Source: Phycisphaerae bacterium
Lineage (GTDB): Bacteria; Planctomycetota; Phycisphaerae; UBA1845; Fen-1342
Assembly (NCBI GenBank): GCA_963666925.2
Contig: CAXXTC010000002.1
Location: 1-64,000, forward strand
DNA: 64,000 bases
Reading direction: 5' to 3'
Shown here: positions 17,497 to 26,815 of the stretch, in pieces
Numbering within the stretch: position 1 is the first letter of the stretch
Layout of the letters: every line of letters starts with the position of its first letter
The notes under the pieces: generated by a model
What the model was told of the DNA's origin: nothing
Databases searched by the model: none
Seen by the model: only the letters and a program-made list of their open reading frames with translations
Translations under genes and position numbers: made by a program

Positions 17497-19878
17497 ATGC
17501 GACACGGTACCATCTGCGTATTCGTGGCTTCGGCCACACTGCTGGTGTTGAGCGTCGCGCCATTGCACGCCAACGCAGTCACCTACGTGATCACCGATCT
17601 GGGCACGCTGCCGGGTGGCGGCTTGAGTGAAGCGCTGGCGATCAACAACGCCGGCCAGATCGTCGGTCGCGCCTACGATTCGGCCGGGCGACAACGGGCG
17701 TTTCTTTGGGACAACGGCACGATGACCGACCTGGGCACGCTCGGGGGCAGCGAGAGCATCGCCCAGGACATCAACGATTTCACCGAGATTACGGGCTGGG
17801 CGGACACGGCCGGCGGGGTGGAGCGCGTCTTCCGCTGGCACGCCGGCTACATGACCGACCTGGGCACACTCGGCGGGGCCGAGAGCTGGGGCTTCGCGAT
17901 CAGCGATGCCGGACATATCGTGGGCCGGGCCGACACGGGCAGCGGTCAGGAACACGCGTTCCTCTGGCTCTATCCGGGTGGCCCGATGCAGGACATCGAG
18001 GGGCTCGGCAGTTCCGTCAGCGAAGCCCTGGACATCAACAACTGGACCCAGATCGTTGGCCGGGCCACCCCCAGTGGATATCGGGCGTTCATCTGGGAAG
18101 ATGGCGTCATGTCCGTGCTGAGCGAAAGCAGTCCGCGTCTGACCATGGCCCGCGGCATGAATGACCTCGGCCAGGTCGTGTGTACGGCCGGCGTGACAGC
18201 TTTCGTGTGGGAAGACGGCGTAAGCACGCCTCTCGGATCGATTCCCGGATACGCCTACCCAGAACCCTACGACATCAACGAACACGGCGTAATCGTCGGC
18301 TGGGCCACCGACGGATATACCTTCCATGCGTTTGTGTATGACGCCGGCGTCATGACCGATCTGAACACGCTGATCCCGTCAGGCACCGGCTGGACGCTCG
18401 TGCAGGCGGCCGACATCAACAACCTCGGGCAGATCGTCGGCTACGGAACGGTCGGCGGCCAGACCCGGGCCTTTCTGCTGAAGCCGGACTCGGACGGCGA
18501 CGGTGTGCCCGACGATGAAGACGGTTGCCCAGACGACCCGGACAAGACGGAACCCGGTATCTGTGGCTGCAGCGTGCCTGACACCGACAGAGACGGCGAC
18601 GATGTGCCCGACTGTATCGACGGCTGCCCGGACGACCCGGACAAGATCGAACCCGGTATCTGCGGCTGTGGCGTACCTGACACCGACAGAGACGGCGACG
18701 ACGTGCCCGACTGTATCGACGGCTGCCCGGACGACCCAGACAAGACCGAACCCGGTATCTGCGGCTGCGGTGTACCCGATACCGATAGCGACGGCGACGA
18801 CGTGCCCGACTGTATCGACGGTTGCCCGGACGATCCAGACAAGACCGAGCCCGGCATCTGCGGCTGCGGCGTACCCGATGTTGATACGGATGGCGACGAA
18901 GTGCTCGATTGTCTCGACAACTGCCCGAATCATGCCAATCCGAATCAGGACGATTGCGATGAGGACGGCATCGGCGACGTCTGCGCCATCGCCACGGGCC
19001 TGAGCAACGACTGCAACGCCGACGGTATCCCCGACGAGTGCGACATCGCCATGACGCTCGACCAGGAGATCGTTCCGCCGGGCAGCGGGACGTCGTCGAT
19101 GTACATCGGCCACCATCCATACGGCGGGGAGAAAGAAGGCGCTCAGACGTTTACCGCCGGCCGGAGCGGAACATTGACCACGATTGAGATCTACGTGCGC
19201 AACAGCTCTGACCCGATTCCGGCGGGCGTGGATCTACAGCTCGACATCGCCGGCGTCGACGCCAACGGCGAGCCTGATGAGTTCGAAATACTCGGCTCGA
19301 CGACGTTCGCCTCCGACCTGTTGCCGACGTCGACGAGTTTCGTGGCTGTGGACGTGGCGGACCTACAGGTCGAGATGGTCGCGGGTGAGCAGTACGCCAT
19401 CGTGCTGCGCTCGCCACTGCTCGGCACCGGCGCGTACCTCTTCGCCGGCGATTCAGTGGGCGGCGTCTACGACGGTGGCACGGCCTGCTCGCGCAACGTG
19501 TCCGGCGGCTGGCAGCAGGGCATCAACGACAACGGCATCCGGACGTTCGTGTTCGGCATGCGCGACGACTGCAACGGCAACGATGTCCCGGACGAGTGCG
19601 ACATCGACGCCGGCACCAGCCTCGACTGCAACGCCAATCGTGTGCCGGACGAATGCGAGGCTATCGGCGGCGGCGATTTCGACGCGGACGGGGCGATCTC
19701 ACTGGGCGACTACGCCGCGTTGGAGGACTGCCTGGCCGGCCCGGGACTGCCGCCCGCGCCGCCGGAGCCGGCCTGCGTCGATGCGTATCTGAACGCCTTC
19801 GACTTCAATGCAGATGACGACGTGGACGTTGACGACTTCGCCAGCTTCCAGGTTGTCTTTGGAGGTGCCGGGGAGTAG
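17497..19878 (+). CDS. Secreted HAF-repeat (DUF3466-like) protein with thrombospondin type-3-like Ca-binding repeats and C-terminal dockerin-like module
   Basis: Repeats of TDLGTLGG..S.A..IN..GQIVG and HAFLW; DGCPDDPDK.EPGICGC repeats; C-terminal GDFDADG..D / DFNADDDVD. Confidence 0.85.
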   Translation: MRHGTICVFVASATLLVLSVAPLHANAVTYVITDLGTLPGGGLSEALAINNAGQIVGRAYDSAGRQRAFLWDNGTMTDLGTLGGSESIAQDINDFTEITGWADTAGGVERVFRWHAGYMTDLGTLGGAESWGFAISDAGHIVGRADTGSGQEHAFLWLYPGGPMQDIEGLGSSVSEALDINNWTQIVGRATPSGYRAFIWEDGVMSVLSESSPRLTMARGMNDLGQVVCTAGVTAFVWEDGVSTPLGSIPGYAYPEPYDINEHGVIVGWATDGYTFHAFVYDAGVMTDLNTLIPSGTGWTLVQAADINNLGQIVGYGTVGGQTRAFLLKPDSDGDGVPDDEDGCPDDPDKTEPGICGCSVPDTDRDGDDVPDCIDGCPDDPDKIEPGICGCGVPDTDRDGDDVPDCIDGCPDDPDKTEPGICGCGVPDTDSDGDDVPDCIDGCPDDPDKTEPGICGCGVPDVDTDGDEVLDCLDNCPNHANPNQDDCDEDGIGDVCAIATGLSNDCNADGIPDECDIAMTLDQEIVPPGSGTSSMYIGHHPYGGEKEGAQTFTAGRSGTLTTIEIYVRNSSDPIPAGVDLQLDIAGVDANGEPDEFEILGSTTFASDLLPTSTSFVAVDVADLQVEMVAGEQYAIVLRSPLLGTGAYLFAGDSVGGVYDGGTACSRNVSGGWQQGINDNGIRTFVFGMRDDCNGNDVPDECDIDAGTSLDCNANRVPDECEAIGGGDFDADGAISLGDYAALEDCLAGPGLPPAPPEPACVDAYLNAFDFNADDDVDVDDFASFQVVFGGAGE
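18487..18930 (+). repeat. Coding tandem repeat, 99-bp (33-aa) unit, about 4.5 copies
   Basis: DGCPDDPDKTEPGICGCGVPDTDRDGDDVPDCI units start at about 18520, 18619, 18718, 18817. Confidence 0.9.
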
Positions 19879-19945
19879 CGACGCTGGCGAATCGTACCAA
19901 CAGTCGCGGAACTGTGGTGCTTCGCGTCTCTTGCAAGGACCCAGT

Positions 19946-20111
19946 GTGGCACAGGCTAATAGCCTGTGATTCAGTATCCCGCACGGGCAAACCCGCCTTC
20001 GGCGGCCCTGCACCCGTCGTAGCAACACGCGTGGAACTGTCGCTTCGACAGCCCCGTTGGTGGGGCACGCCCAATGACACCCGAAGACCCACTGCTCAAG
20101 AGCAGTGCCAC
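19946..20111. repeat. Intergenic REP cluster (family C at 19946-19968; family D at 20090-20111)
   Basis: GTGG-CACAGGCTAATAGCCTGTG, and on the minus strand GTGG-CACTGCTCTTGAGCAGTG. Confidence 0.75.
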
Positions 20112-20135
20112 CCGGCGTCGTTTCTGAAGAACGCG

Positions 20136-21458
20136 CTAGCCTCCGGCGTTCAGCCAAGCTGTGTTCAGCGTTACGTGCGTGATGCGTTCGCGGTCGTCGG
20201 AATAGGCGACGTGGATCAGGCCGTCGGGGGTTTGGGCGACTGCGGAGTAAGCGTACGAACCGGAGCCGGCAGCGATGATGCGTGGCGTCAGCCAGGTTCG
20301 ACCCGCGTCGGTCGAGAGCGTCGCCACGAGTGGTTGCCGGACTTCGGAATCATCGTTCAGCACGAGCAGCAAGTCGCCATTGGCTAGCCTGGTCAGACAG
20401 GCCGGACTGGCCGGGTTGGCGAAGCCCGCGTCGCGCGGAGCGGCCCAGGAGGTACCGTCGTCGGCCGACGCGGTCACCCACAGCCACCCCCGGCCGGCGT
20501 TACGCAGGACGGCCAGCAGCTTACCGTCGTCCAACTGCACGACGCTGGGCTGAATGGCAGGATGGGCGGCCTCAGTCGCCAGCGTGCTGCGCAGCGTCCA
20601 GTCTGCCCCGTCGGATGACCAGTAAAAGAGCGACTGCTGAAACAGGTCGTCGTAGGCGGGCAGCAGCAGCGAGCCGTCGGCGAGGCGCACCGGCGGATGG
20701 CGGACGTTGCTGCCCAGGCGGGTGTCGACGATCCGCGGATCGGACCACGTCAGGCCGGCGTCGGTCGAGGTCTGAAGCTCGATATGAGCGGTGCTCCAGC
20801 CGGTGCCGACGACAACCGCCTGGAACAGCCAAACCTGGTCGCCCTCACTGTACAGAACGGGGTTGCCGTCGGCGGCGGCCCGATCAATGTGGAGCACGGG
20901 CGTTTCCCATTCGGCGGTGCCGGCCGGCCGGCGAGCGAGATAGATGGCGGCGCCGTCGAGTTCGTCCGGGCCGACATAGGAATACCACGCGGCCAGAAGC
21001 GTGCCATCGGGCAGGGCCGTCAGCGTTGGAGCGTGACTGCCGACGCGTCCCGACAGCGTGTCGAAGATGGGGGCGGAAACGAAGATCGGGTCGGCATCGG
21101 CCGCCGGCACGGAGGCGGCAGTGCCAGCGTTGAAGATGAGATCCACGTCGCCGTAATTGCTGAGCAGGTTCGCGGTGCATTGCACCAGGAGCAGCGGCAA
21201 TGCGGCGGCCAGCAACAGCGGCAAGCGCTTTGCCAGTCGGCTCAGCCCGTTAGTCCCCGACCGTGTGGCATGGGCTGATAGCCCGTGATCGCTGTGCGGC
21301 GGGACGAGGCATCCGTACATGAGGTGGGTCGGCCGTCTCGGCCGACTTGCTGCCTGGGCACACGGAACGCTCGGCGGGCGAGACGCCCGCCCCACTTTGG
21401 CATGTGACGAATGCCTGCCGACGATCTGCTCCGGACTGGACCGACTTCGTTTCATCAT
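20136..21458 (-). CDS. BNR/Asp-box sialidase-like beta-propeller protein (REP insertions in N-terminus)
   Basis: Asp-boxes STDAGLTWS, SSDGADWT, SADDGTSW, STDAGRTW; SHAPTL, GNPVL, IQPS, YAYS; AAGGAGG SD at 21462-21468. Confidence 0.8.
   Translation of the reverse strand: MMKRSRSSPEQIVGRHSSHAKVGRASRPPSVPCAQAASRPRRPTHLMYGCLVPPHSDHGLSAHATRSGTNGLSRLAKRLPLLLAAALPLLLVQCTANLLSNYGDVDLIFNAGTAASVPAADADPIFVSAPIFDTLSGRVGSHAPTLTALPDGTLLAAWYSYVGPDELDGAAIYLARRPAGTAEWETPVLHIDRAAADGNPVLYSEGDQVWLFQAVVVGTGWSTAHIELQTSTDAGLTWSDPRIVDTRLGSNVRHPPVRLADGSLLLPAYDDLFQQSLFYWSSDGADWTLRSTLATEAAHPAIQPSVVQLDDGKLLAVLRNAGRGWLWVTASADDGTSWAAPRDAGFANPASPACLTRLANGDLLLVLNDDSEVRQPLVATLSTDAGRTWLTPRIIAAGSGSYAYSAVAQTPDGLIHVAYSDDRERITHVTLNTAWLNAGG
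21265..21395. repeat. REP cluster C + inverted B/A pair within coding sequence
   Basis: C 21265-21287; B (GTGG-GTCGGCCGTCTCGGCCGAC) 21324-21346; A 21373-21395. Confidence 0.85.
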
Positions 21459-21579
21459 GAGCCTCCTTGCCCGTGTCCCGGGCAGTAGAGACGTTCATGA
21501 CGCGTGGATCAAGTCCTAGAAGGCCAAGTCACGGGCGCACCGGCTCACACGATGGCATACAAACTGCGAACCAGGTTGC

Positions 21580-22323
21580 CTAGCCCCGTCGCCGAAGAGC
21601 ACCCACACCCACGAGCAGGAAGATGATAGCGGTCGGCTCTGGCACGAGCAGGGACAGGTTGTCGTAGCAGTGATAGTTACCGGACCCGCTAACGTTGGAT
21701 GAGCCATCGTTGCTCAGCATCACGTATGAAAGCTCGGTGGTGTCATCACGGAAACTAAGGCCCGTGATGGCCGGCGTCTGCATGTCGTTGACATACACAT
21801 CGAAGGTCTGACTGACGCAGTCACCAACTACACGAACGAGGTTCCAGTCATTCGTCAGCCCGGTATATATGTTCGTCCAGCTATCGCCATCGAAATGCGC
21901 CAGGGAGCGTGAGGTGCCATCAGCATTGATGCCGAAATACGGTCCCCACTGACCATCAGCGGCAGCGCCAAGGGCGATGCGACTCTGGCGGGTGATGCTG
22001 TCACTGACATTGGTCATGCCGATGGAGAATTCGGCAACGAAGGTGCCAACGACGGGAACGAAGCGATGGTGAACATACTTCGGCCCCGCAGTGCCCACAT
22101 CGGTGCGGACGTATGCATACTGGTTTGTCGCAGGGACGCCATCCACCTTGATATCGGACGTGTCATCGCCGAGCCAGGCAGGATTCGTCGGCGGTTGACC
22201 GTAGAGGTTAGCATCAGCCACGTAACCCTCTGAGGTTTCAAACCCGATGGGATTAGCAATCGCGGATGCGGCAAACAAACAATACAGCATTGCGGCCATG
22301 GTAATACGAGTACGCAGCACCAT
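21580..22323 (-). CDS. PEP-CTERM surface protein
   Basis: AGGAGG SD, signal peptide, C-terminal VPEPTAIIFLLVGVGALRRRG. Confidence 0.88.
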   Translation of the reverse strand: MVLRTRITMAAMLYCLFAASAIANPIGFETSEGYVADANLYGQPPTNPAWLGDDTSDIKVDGVPATNQYAYVRTDVGTAGPKYVHHRFVPVVGTFVAEFSIGMTNVSDSITRQSRIALGAAADGQWGPYFGINADGTSRSLAHFDGDSWTNIYTGLTNDWNLVRVVGDCVSQTFDVYVNDMQTPAITGLSFRDDTTELSYVMLSNDGSSNVSGSGNYHCYDNLSLLVPEPTAIIFLLVGVGALRRRG

Positions 22324-22418
22324 TGCGCCTCCTAACACTTCTCAACTCTGATAAACCTGTTAAGGGACGAGTCCGTACTCGTCCACAGAATGATGTGGCA
22401 TCATCACCCTCCAGATAT

Positions 22419-22448
22419 CTTATACTCGATTGCACTATTGCAAGTCAA
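22419..22448 (-). promoter_or_regulatory. Sigma70-like promoter TTGACT-18-TATAAG with internal palindrome TTGCA-N4-TGCAA
   Basis: Read directly on the minus strand upstream of the PEP-CTERM gene. Confidence 0.55.
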
Positions 22449-22608
22449 CGCCGCGCGTGCGAAACGTCAGGTGTGACCCCTGTGTGAGAACGATTCCGAA
22501 TTGTTGTGTTGAGACGAGTCGCGACGCCCACCTCTGCCATTTTTCTCGGACGTTGCTTTCTGCCGACGCGGCCGGGACAATCCGTCCAGGTTTCAGCAGG
22601 GAGCAATC

Positions 22609-24438
22609 ATGCAGGAACATCTGCTGCTCGGTTTGACGGCCGTCGTGGCGCTGGGCGTCAGTGCCCAGTGGCTGGCGTGGCGGCTGGGGCTGCCATCAAT
22701 CCTCCTACTCCTCGGGTTCGGCTTCTGCGCGGGGCCGATGTTGCGCTGGCTGGGGGCCGACACAGCGCTCGATCCGGATCGGCTGTTCGGCGACCTGCTG
22801 CTGCCGGTGGTGTCTATCTCGGTCGCGGTGATTCTTTACGAGGGTGGGTTGACACTGAGTCTGCGCGAGCTGCCCAAAGTGGGCGGCGTGGTGCGCAACC
22901 TCGTCACCGTCGGGCTGCTGATCACCTGGCTGCTCGGGGCTGCCGCCGCGAACCTGTGCCTCGGGCTGAGCTGGCGTGTGGCGCTGCTGCTCGGCGCGGT
23001 CCTCGTGGTCAGCGGGCCAACGGTGATCATGCCGATGTTGCGGCACGTTCGGCCCGCGGGCAGCGTCGGGCCGATCGTCAAGTGGGAAGGCATCGTCATC
23101 GACCCGCTCGGCGCCATGCTGGCCGTGCTGGTGTTCGAGGCGGCCTTCGCAGGCGCGGGCCACAAAATCAGCTCGATCGCGATCCTGGGCGTGGTGCGGA
23201 CGCTGCTCATAGGCGGGGCGCTGGGGGCGGCCGCGGGGTTTCTGCTGGCACTGTTGGTCCGCAGGCATGGTGTGCCGGACTTTCTGCACAACGCGGTCTC
23301 GCTGATGCTGGTCACGGGCGTGTTCGTCGGCGTGAACCACCTCCAGAGCGAGTCCGGGCTCGTCGCGGTGACCGTCATGGGACTCGTTCTGGCGAATCAA
23401 CGTCTGGCCGACGTGCGCCACATCATCGACTTCAAGGAGAACCTGCGCGTCCTGCTGATCTCCGTGCTGTTCATCCTGCTGGCAGCCCGGCTACGGCTGG
23501 AAGATCTGGCTCAGCTCGGCGGCAACAGCCTGCTGCTGGTCGCGCTGCTGATCGTCGTGGTTCGACCCGTGGCGACGTTCGTGTCCACGCTCGGTTCGAA
23601 ACTGTCGTGGCGCGAGCGCGTCTTTTTGGCGTGGATGGCGCCACGCGGGATCGTGGCGGCCGCGGTCGCGTCGATATTCGCACTTCGGCTCGAAGGTTCA
23701 TGCGACGAAGCTCGGCTGATCGTGCCGCTGACGTTCCTGGTGATCGTCGCGACGGTGGCGGTTTACGGCCTGACGGCCCGGCCGCTGGCACGCTGGCTGG
23801 GCATCGCCGACGTGAATCCGCAGGGCGTGCTAATCGTCGGGGCGCCTCCGTGGGCCCGGGCACTGGCGGAAACGCTCCAGCGCAGCCGCGTTCCGGTGCT
23901 GCTGGTCGATCGCAATCGCACTTTCGCGGCCGCGGCACGGATGGCGGGCTGCCGCGTGTATGCGGGCGATGCGCTGGGCGAGCACGTGCTGGCGGAGCTT
24001 GATCTGCGTGGCATCGGCCGGCTGCTGGCACTGACGCCGAATGATGAGGTCAACGCGCTGGCAGTGCAGCGGTTTGAGCGCGTGTTCGGCCGGGCGAATG
24101 CGTTTCAGCTTCCGCCGGCCAAAGGTGTCGGCGATGCGCGGACAGTACCGACGGGGCTGCGCGGGCGGCTGTTGTTTGGCCGGCAATTGACGTATGCGGA
24201 CCTGAGCGAGCGCTATTTTGGCCGGGGATACGTGTTCCGCTCGACGAGCATCACCGAATCGTTCGGGTACGAAGAGATCCGCGAGCGCTATGGCGACAGT
24301 GTTGTGCCGATGTTTGTCCTGCGCGCGGACGGCTGCCTGACCGTGATCACGGACGACCAGGAGCCGAACCCCCGGCCGGGCGACGCGCTGATCAGCCTGG
24401 CGCCGCCGGACAAAGAGCCGAGTGGCACCGGCGAATAG
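22609..24438 (+). CDS. Cation:proton antiporter (CPA1/NhaP-type) with TrkA-N-like domain
   Basis: SGPTVI, WEGIVIDPLGA, WMAPRGIVAAAVAS, followed by a Rossmann-like domain. Confidence 0.9.
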   Translation: MQEHLLLGLTAVVALGVSAQWLAWRLGLPSILLLLGFGFCAGPMLRWLGADTALDPDRLFGDLLLPVVSISVAVILYEGGLTLSLRELPKVGGVVRNLVTVGLLITWLLGAAAANLCLGLSWRVALLLGAVLVVSGPTVIMPMLRHVRPAGSVGPIVKWEGIVIDPLGAMLAVLVFEAAFAGAGHKISSIAILGVVRTLLIGGALGAAAGFLLALLVRRHGVPDFLHNAVSLMLVTGVFVGVNHLQSESGLVAVTVMGLVLANQRLADVRHIIDFKENLRVLLISVLFILLAARLRLEDLAQLGGNSLLLVALLIVVVRPVATFVSTLGSKLSWRERVFLAWMAPRGIVAAAVASIFALRLEGSCDEARLIVPLTFLVIVATVAVYGLTARPLARWLGIADVNPQGVLIVGAPPWARALAETLQRSRVPVLLVDRNRTFAAAARMAGCRVYAGDALGEHVLAELDLRGIGRLLALTPNDEVNALAVQRFERVFGRANAFQLPPAKGVGDARTVPTGLRGRLLFGRQLTYADLSERYFGRGYVFRSTSITESFGYEEIRERYGDSVVPMFVLRADGCLTVITDDQEPNPRPGDALISLAPPDKEPSGTGE

Positions 24439-24581
24439 CCCGTGGTAACGGGGGCACGCGAGGTGGATCGGCCGTCTCGGTCAACTTGTTGACCACGCTC
24501 AAGTCTGGCTCGGCGGGCGAGACACCCACCCCACTTCGCGATCCGCGGAACTCTGACTGGCGGGCGGGACACCCGCCCCAC
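24422..24581. repeat. REP cluster C, B/A pair, A
   Basis: C 24422-24444 (overlaps the antiporter stop), B 24463-24485, A 24512-24534 and 24559-24581. Confidence 0.8.
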
Positions 24582-24591
24582 TACAGTCGGG

Positions 24592-26439
24592 CTACCTGAT
24601 CTCCAGCAGGTGGAGTTCGGTGTGGTTGGGGCCGGGGAGGGTGTGGAGTGGGTGCAGGTGCGGGCCGACCTGGGGGTCAGCTTGCAGGTTTTCCAGGAGT
24701 TGGCGATTGCCAGCCCGTTCATAGCCGGCATCGGGATCGTCGGTCGGACCGAGCATCAGGACGAGGTAGCCGCCGGGGCCGGCGAGGATCTGGCGTTCGA
24801 GCACGCGCTGCTCCTCGGGCTTTTCGTACCAGGGTTCCCAGGGGATATCGGCATAAAAGGCGATGCGGCGGGCGCTGCTGCCGGCGATGAGCCGCTTTGC
24901 GGAACGGTCGGAGTCGTGCTCGATCAACCAGCGGGCGGCGTCGCGGAGGAACGCGTCCTGACAATTGGGAACGCGGGCGCCATAGGCCGCCAGCGGCAAC
25001 ATGAACATCACCAGCACAACGCCGGCGAGCACCCGCCCCCGCCGCTCCAACGCCAGACGTATGAGCCGGGCCAGCAGCAGTGCGGCAAATGGGATCAGCA
25101 GCGTCACGGGCACGAGCAGGTGGCGCGGGGCGAGATAGCCGAAATGGCTGAGCAACATCAACGTCAACAGGAAATGCAGCGTCAGGCAGGCGAGCAGACC
25201 CGCGAGCGGCGGACGCGTCCAGCGCGACCGCAGATTGAGCAACGGCAATAGCGCCAGCAGCGGAATCACCACCCGGCCAGCCCGAAACAGCTTGTACAGC
25301 CCATACGGCAACAGCAGGTACCACGGCAGATAATGAAGCTCGAGCTTGGCTAGCAGGCCGTGCACCGACGGGCCGGCATGTGCAAACGCGGGCTCGGTCT
25401 GTGTAGCACCCAGCATCTGTGTGACACCCAGTACTGGTGTGGCACTCGACACATGCGTGGTACCCGGCATTTGTGTGGCACCGGCTAATAGCCGGTGCGA
25501 TGGCCATGTGGGGTGGGCGTCTCGCCCGCCGTTTGCTGGTGTGGCGCCGGCCAGAGCGTTTTCAATCACGTTCCGTCGGCTTGGCGAGCCGACGTTGTCG
25601 CGTATGCACTGCTCACAGAGCAGTGGCACGTTGGCGCCGCCGGCTTGTGTGGCGCTGAGCAGTTCGGCCGGGTCTTTTTTGCTGGAGAATCCGCCGACGA
25701 TGGCCCAGTATGGCCCGGCACAGATCAGGAACCCCACGAGCAGTGCCATCGCCCGACCGACCAGGAGCCGGGTTGCGACGCGCCGCCAATATGCCGCCAG
25801 CGTGAGCAGGCCGGCAGCGACGATGACGATGCCCTCTTCGCGTGTCAGGAACGCTAGCCCGCCAAGCAGGCCGCAGAGGGCGGCGGCGCGAGCCGACTCG
25901 AGCCGCAGTAGCAGCAGAACAGCCCCGAGGTACCAGGCCACGTGCACCTGGTCGGACATGACGTCGACCGACAGCCAGAGATTCAGCGGCAGAATGGTCG
26001 CCATGAGCATCGCGCACAGCGTGGTCGTTTCACAATCGACGGGCAGATCGAGCCGGCGGATGAGGCGGTGTGTGATCAGGCCGACGAGGGCGATGACGGC
26101 CAGGCCGGCGGCGAGCGTGATGGCCTGGCCGCTGTATTGCCAGGCGAGCGGGGAATCGGGCGCGCCGGCGGCGTTGTGCACGGCCAGAATGAGCGCGGGG
26201 AAGAGCGGGTGCTGGTCGGCGCGATCGGACTGGAGATATTCCACGCCCGAGTGGCCCAGGTCGCGGGCATACCAGCAAAACGTGACGCCGTCGCGGGCGA
26301 TCGTGGGCATGAGCACCAACAGCGCAATGCGCCAGACGAGCGCCACGGCGAAGATGGCAACGATCCACCAGCGGAAGCTGGGCGAGTTGGCCGACATGCG
26401 AGGCGATTCTGCGGTCACGCGGATCCTCTCGGCTATCAC
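24592..26439 (-). CDS. GT-C fold membrane glycosyltransferase (ArnT/PMT-like) with a repeat-derived insertion
   Basis: TM1 followed by IARDG, QHPLFP, VMSD, AFLTREEG, RHL; many TMs. Alternative ATG at 26397. Confidence 0.72.
   Translation of the reverse strand: MIAERIRVTAESPRMSANSPSFRWWIVAIFAVALVWRIALLVLMPTIARDGVTFCWYARDLGHSGVEYLQSDRADQHPLFPALILAVHNAAGAPDSPLAWQYSGQAITLAAGLAVIALVGLITHRLIRRLDLPVDCETTTLCAMLMATILPLNLWLSVDVMSDQVHVAWYLGAVLLLLRLESARAAALCGLLGGLAFLTREEGIVIVAAGLLTLAAYWRRVATRLLVGRAMALLVGFLICAGPYWAIVGGFSSKKDPAELLSATQAGGANVPLLCEQCIRDNVGSPSRRNVIENALAGATPANGGRDAHPTWPSHRLLAGATQMPGTTHVSSATPVLGVTQMLGATQTEPAFAHAGPSVHGLLAKLELHYLPWYLLLPYGLYKLFRAGRVVIPLLALLPLLNLRSRWTRPPLAGLLACLTLHFLLTLMLLSHFGYLAPRHLLVPVTLLIPFAALLLARLIRLALERRGRVLAGVVLVMFMLPLAAYGARVPNCQDAFLRDAARWLIEHDSDRSAKRLIAGSSARRIAFYADIPWEPWYEKPEEQRVLERQILAGPGGYLVLMLGPTDDPDAGYERAGNRQLLENLQADPQVGPHLHPLHTLPGPNHTELHLLEIR
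25400..25629. repeat. In-frame cluster: four degenerate 18-bp tandem units, REP C (25475-25497), A (25508-25530), D (25607-25629)
   Basis: tgtgtagcacccagcatc / tgtgtgacacccagtact / ggtgtggcactcgacaca / tgcgtggtacccggcatt / tgtgtggcaccggctaatagccggtg. Confidence 0.75.
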
Positions 26440-26560
26440 GCGCGGGTCGCGGGCCGATCGCGGCTCCGACCCAATCGCGCGGCTGCAATTATAGACGGAT
26501 CACAGCAAGTAGGCCGAGCAGGAGGTGACGAACGGGTGCCCCATCCCGTTGCGTAGCGAC

Positions 26561-26750
26561 CACGGGCTATTAGCCCGTGCCACACTGAGGGGGACCGACG
26601 TCCTCCAGAGCTTTTCGACGTTCCAGCAAGTCGGCCGAGACGGCCGACCCACTTTCCAAGTGGGGCGGGCGTCTCGCCCGCCAAGTTCGGCCAGAGAGTG
26701 CGTAGCAAGTCGGCCGAGACGGCCGACCCACTTCCCAAGTGGGGCAAGCG
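26561..26750. repeat. BIME/REPIN-like mosaic: C, B, A, B, degenerate A
   Basis: C 26561-26583, B 26630-26652, A 26660-26682, B 26709-26731; linker cacttt/cccaagtgg repeated. Confidence 0.85.
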
Positions 26751-26815
26751 GACTTTAAAATTGGGGCGTAAGGGCAATCCGCATCGATCGTCCCGTCCGC
26801 CTGAGGAACCTGATC

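Noticed and set aside
26561..26750. Repeated 23-30 nt palindromes with spacers resembling a CRISPR array
   Set aside because: Units alternate in family and orientation, only two are direct repeats, they are dispersed elsewhere, and there are no cas genes; this is a REP mosaic.
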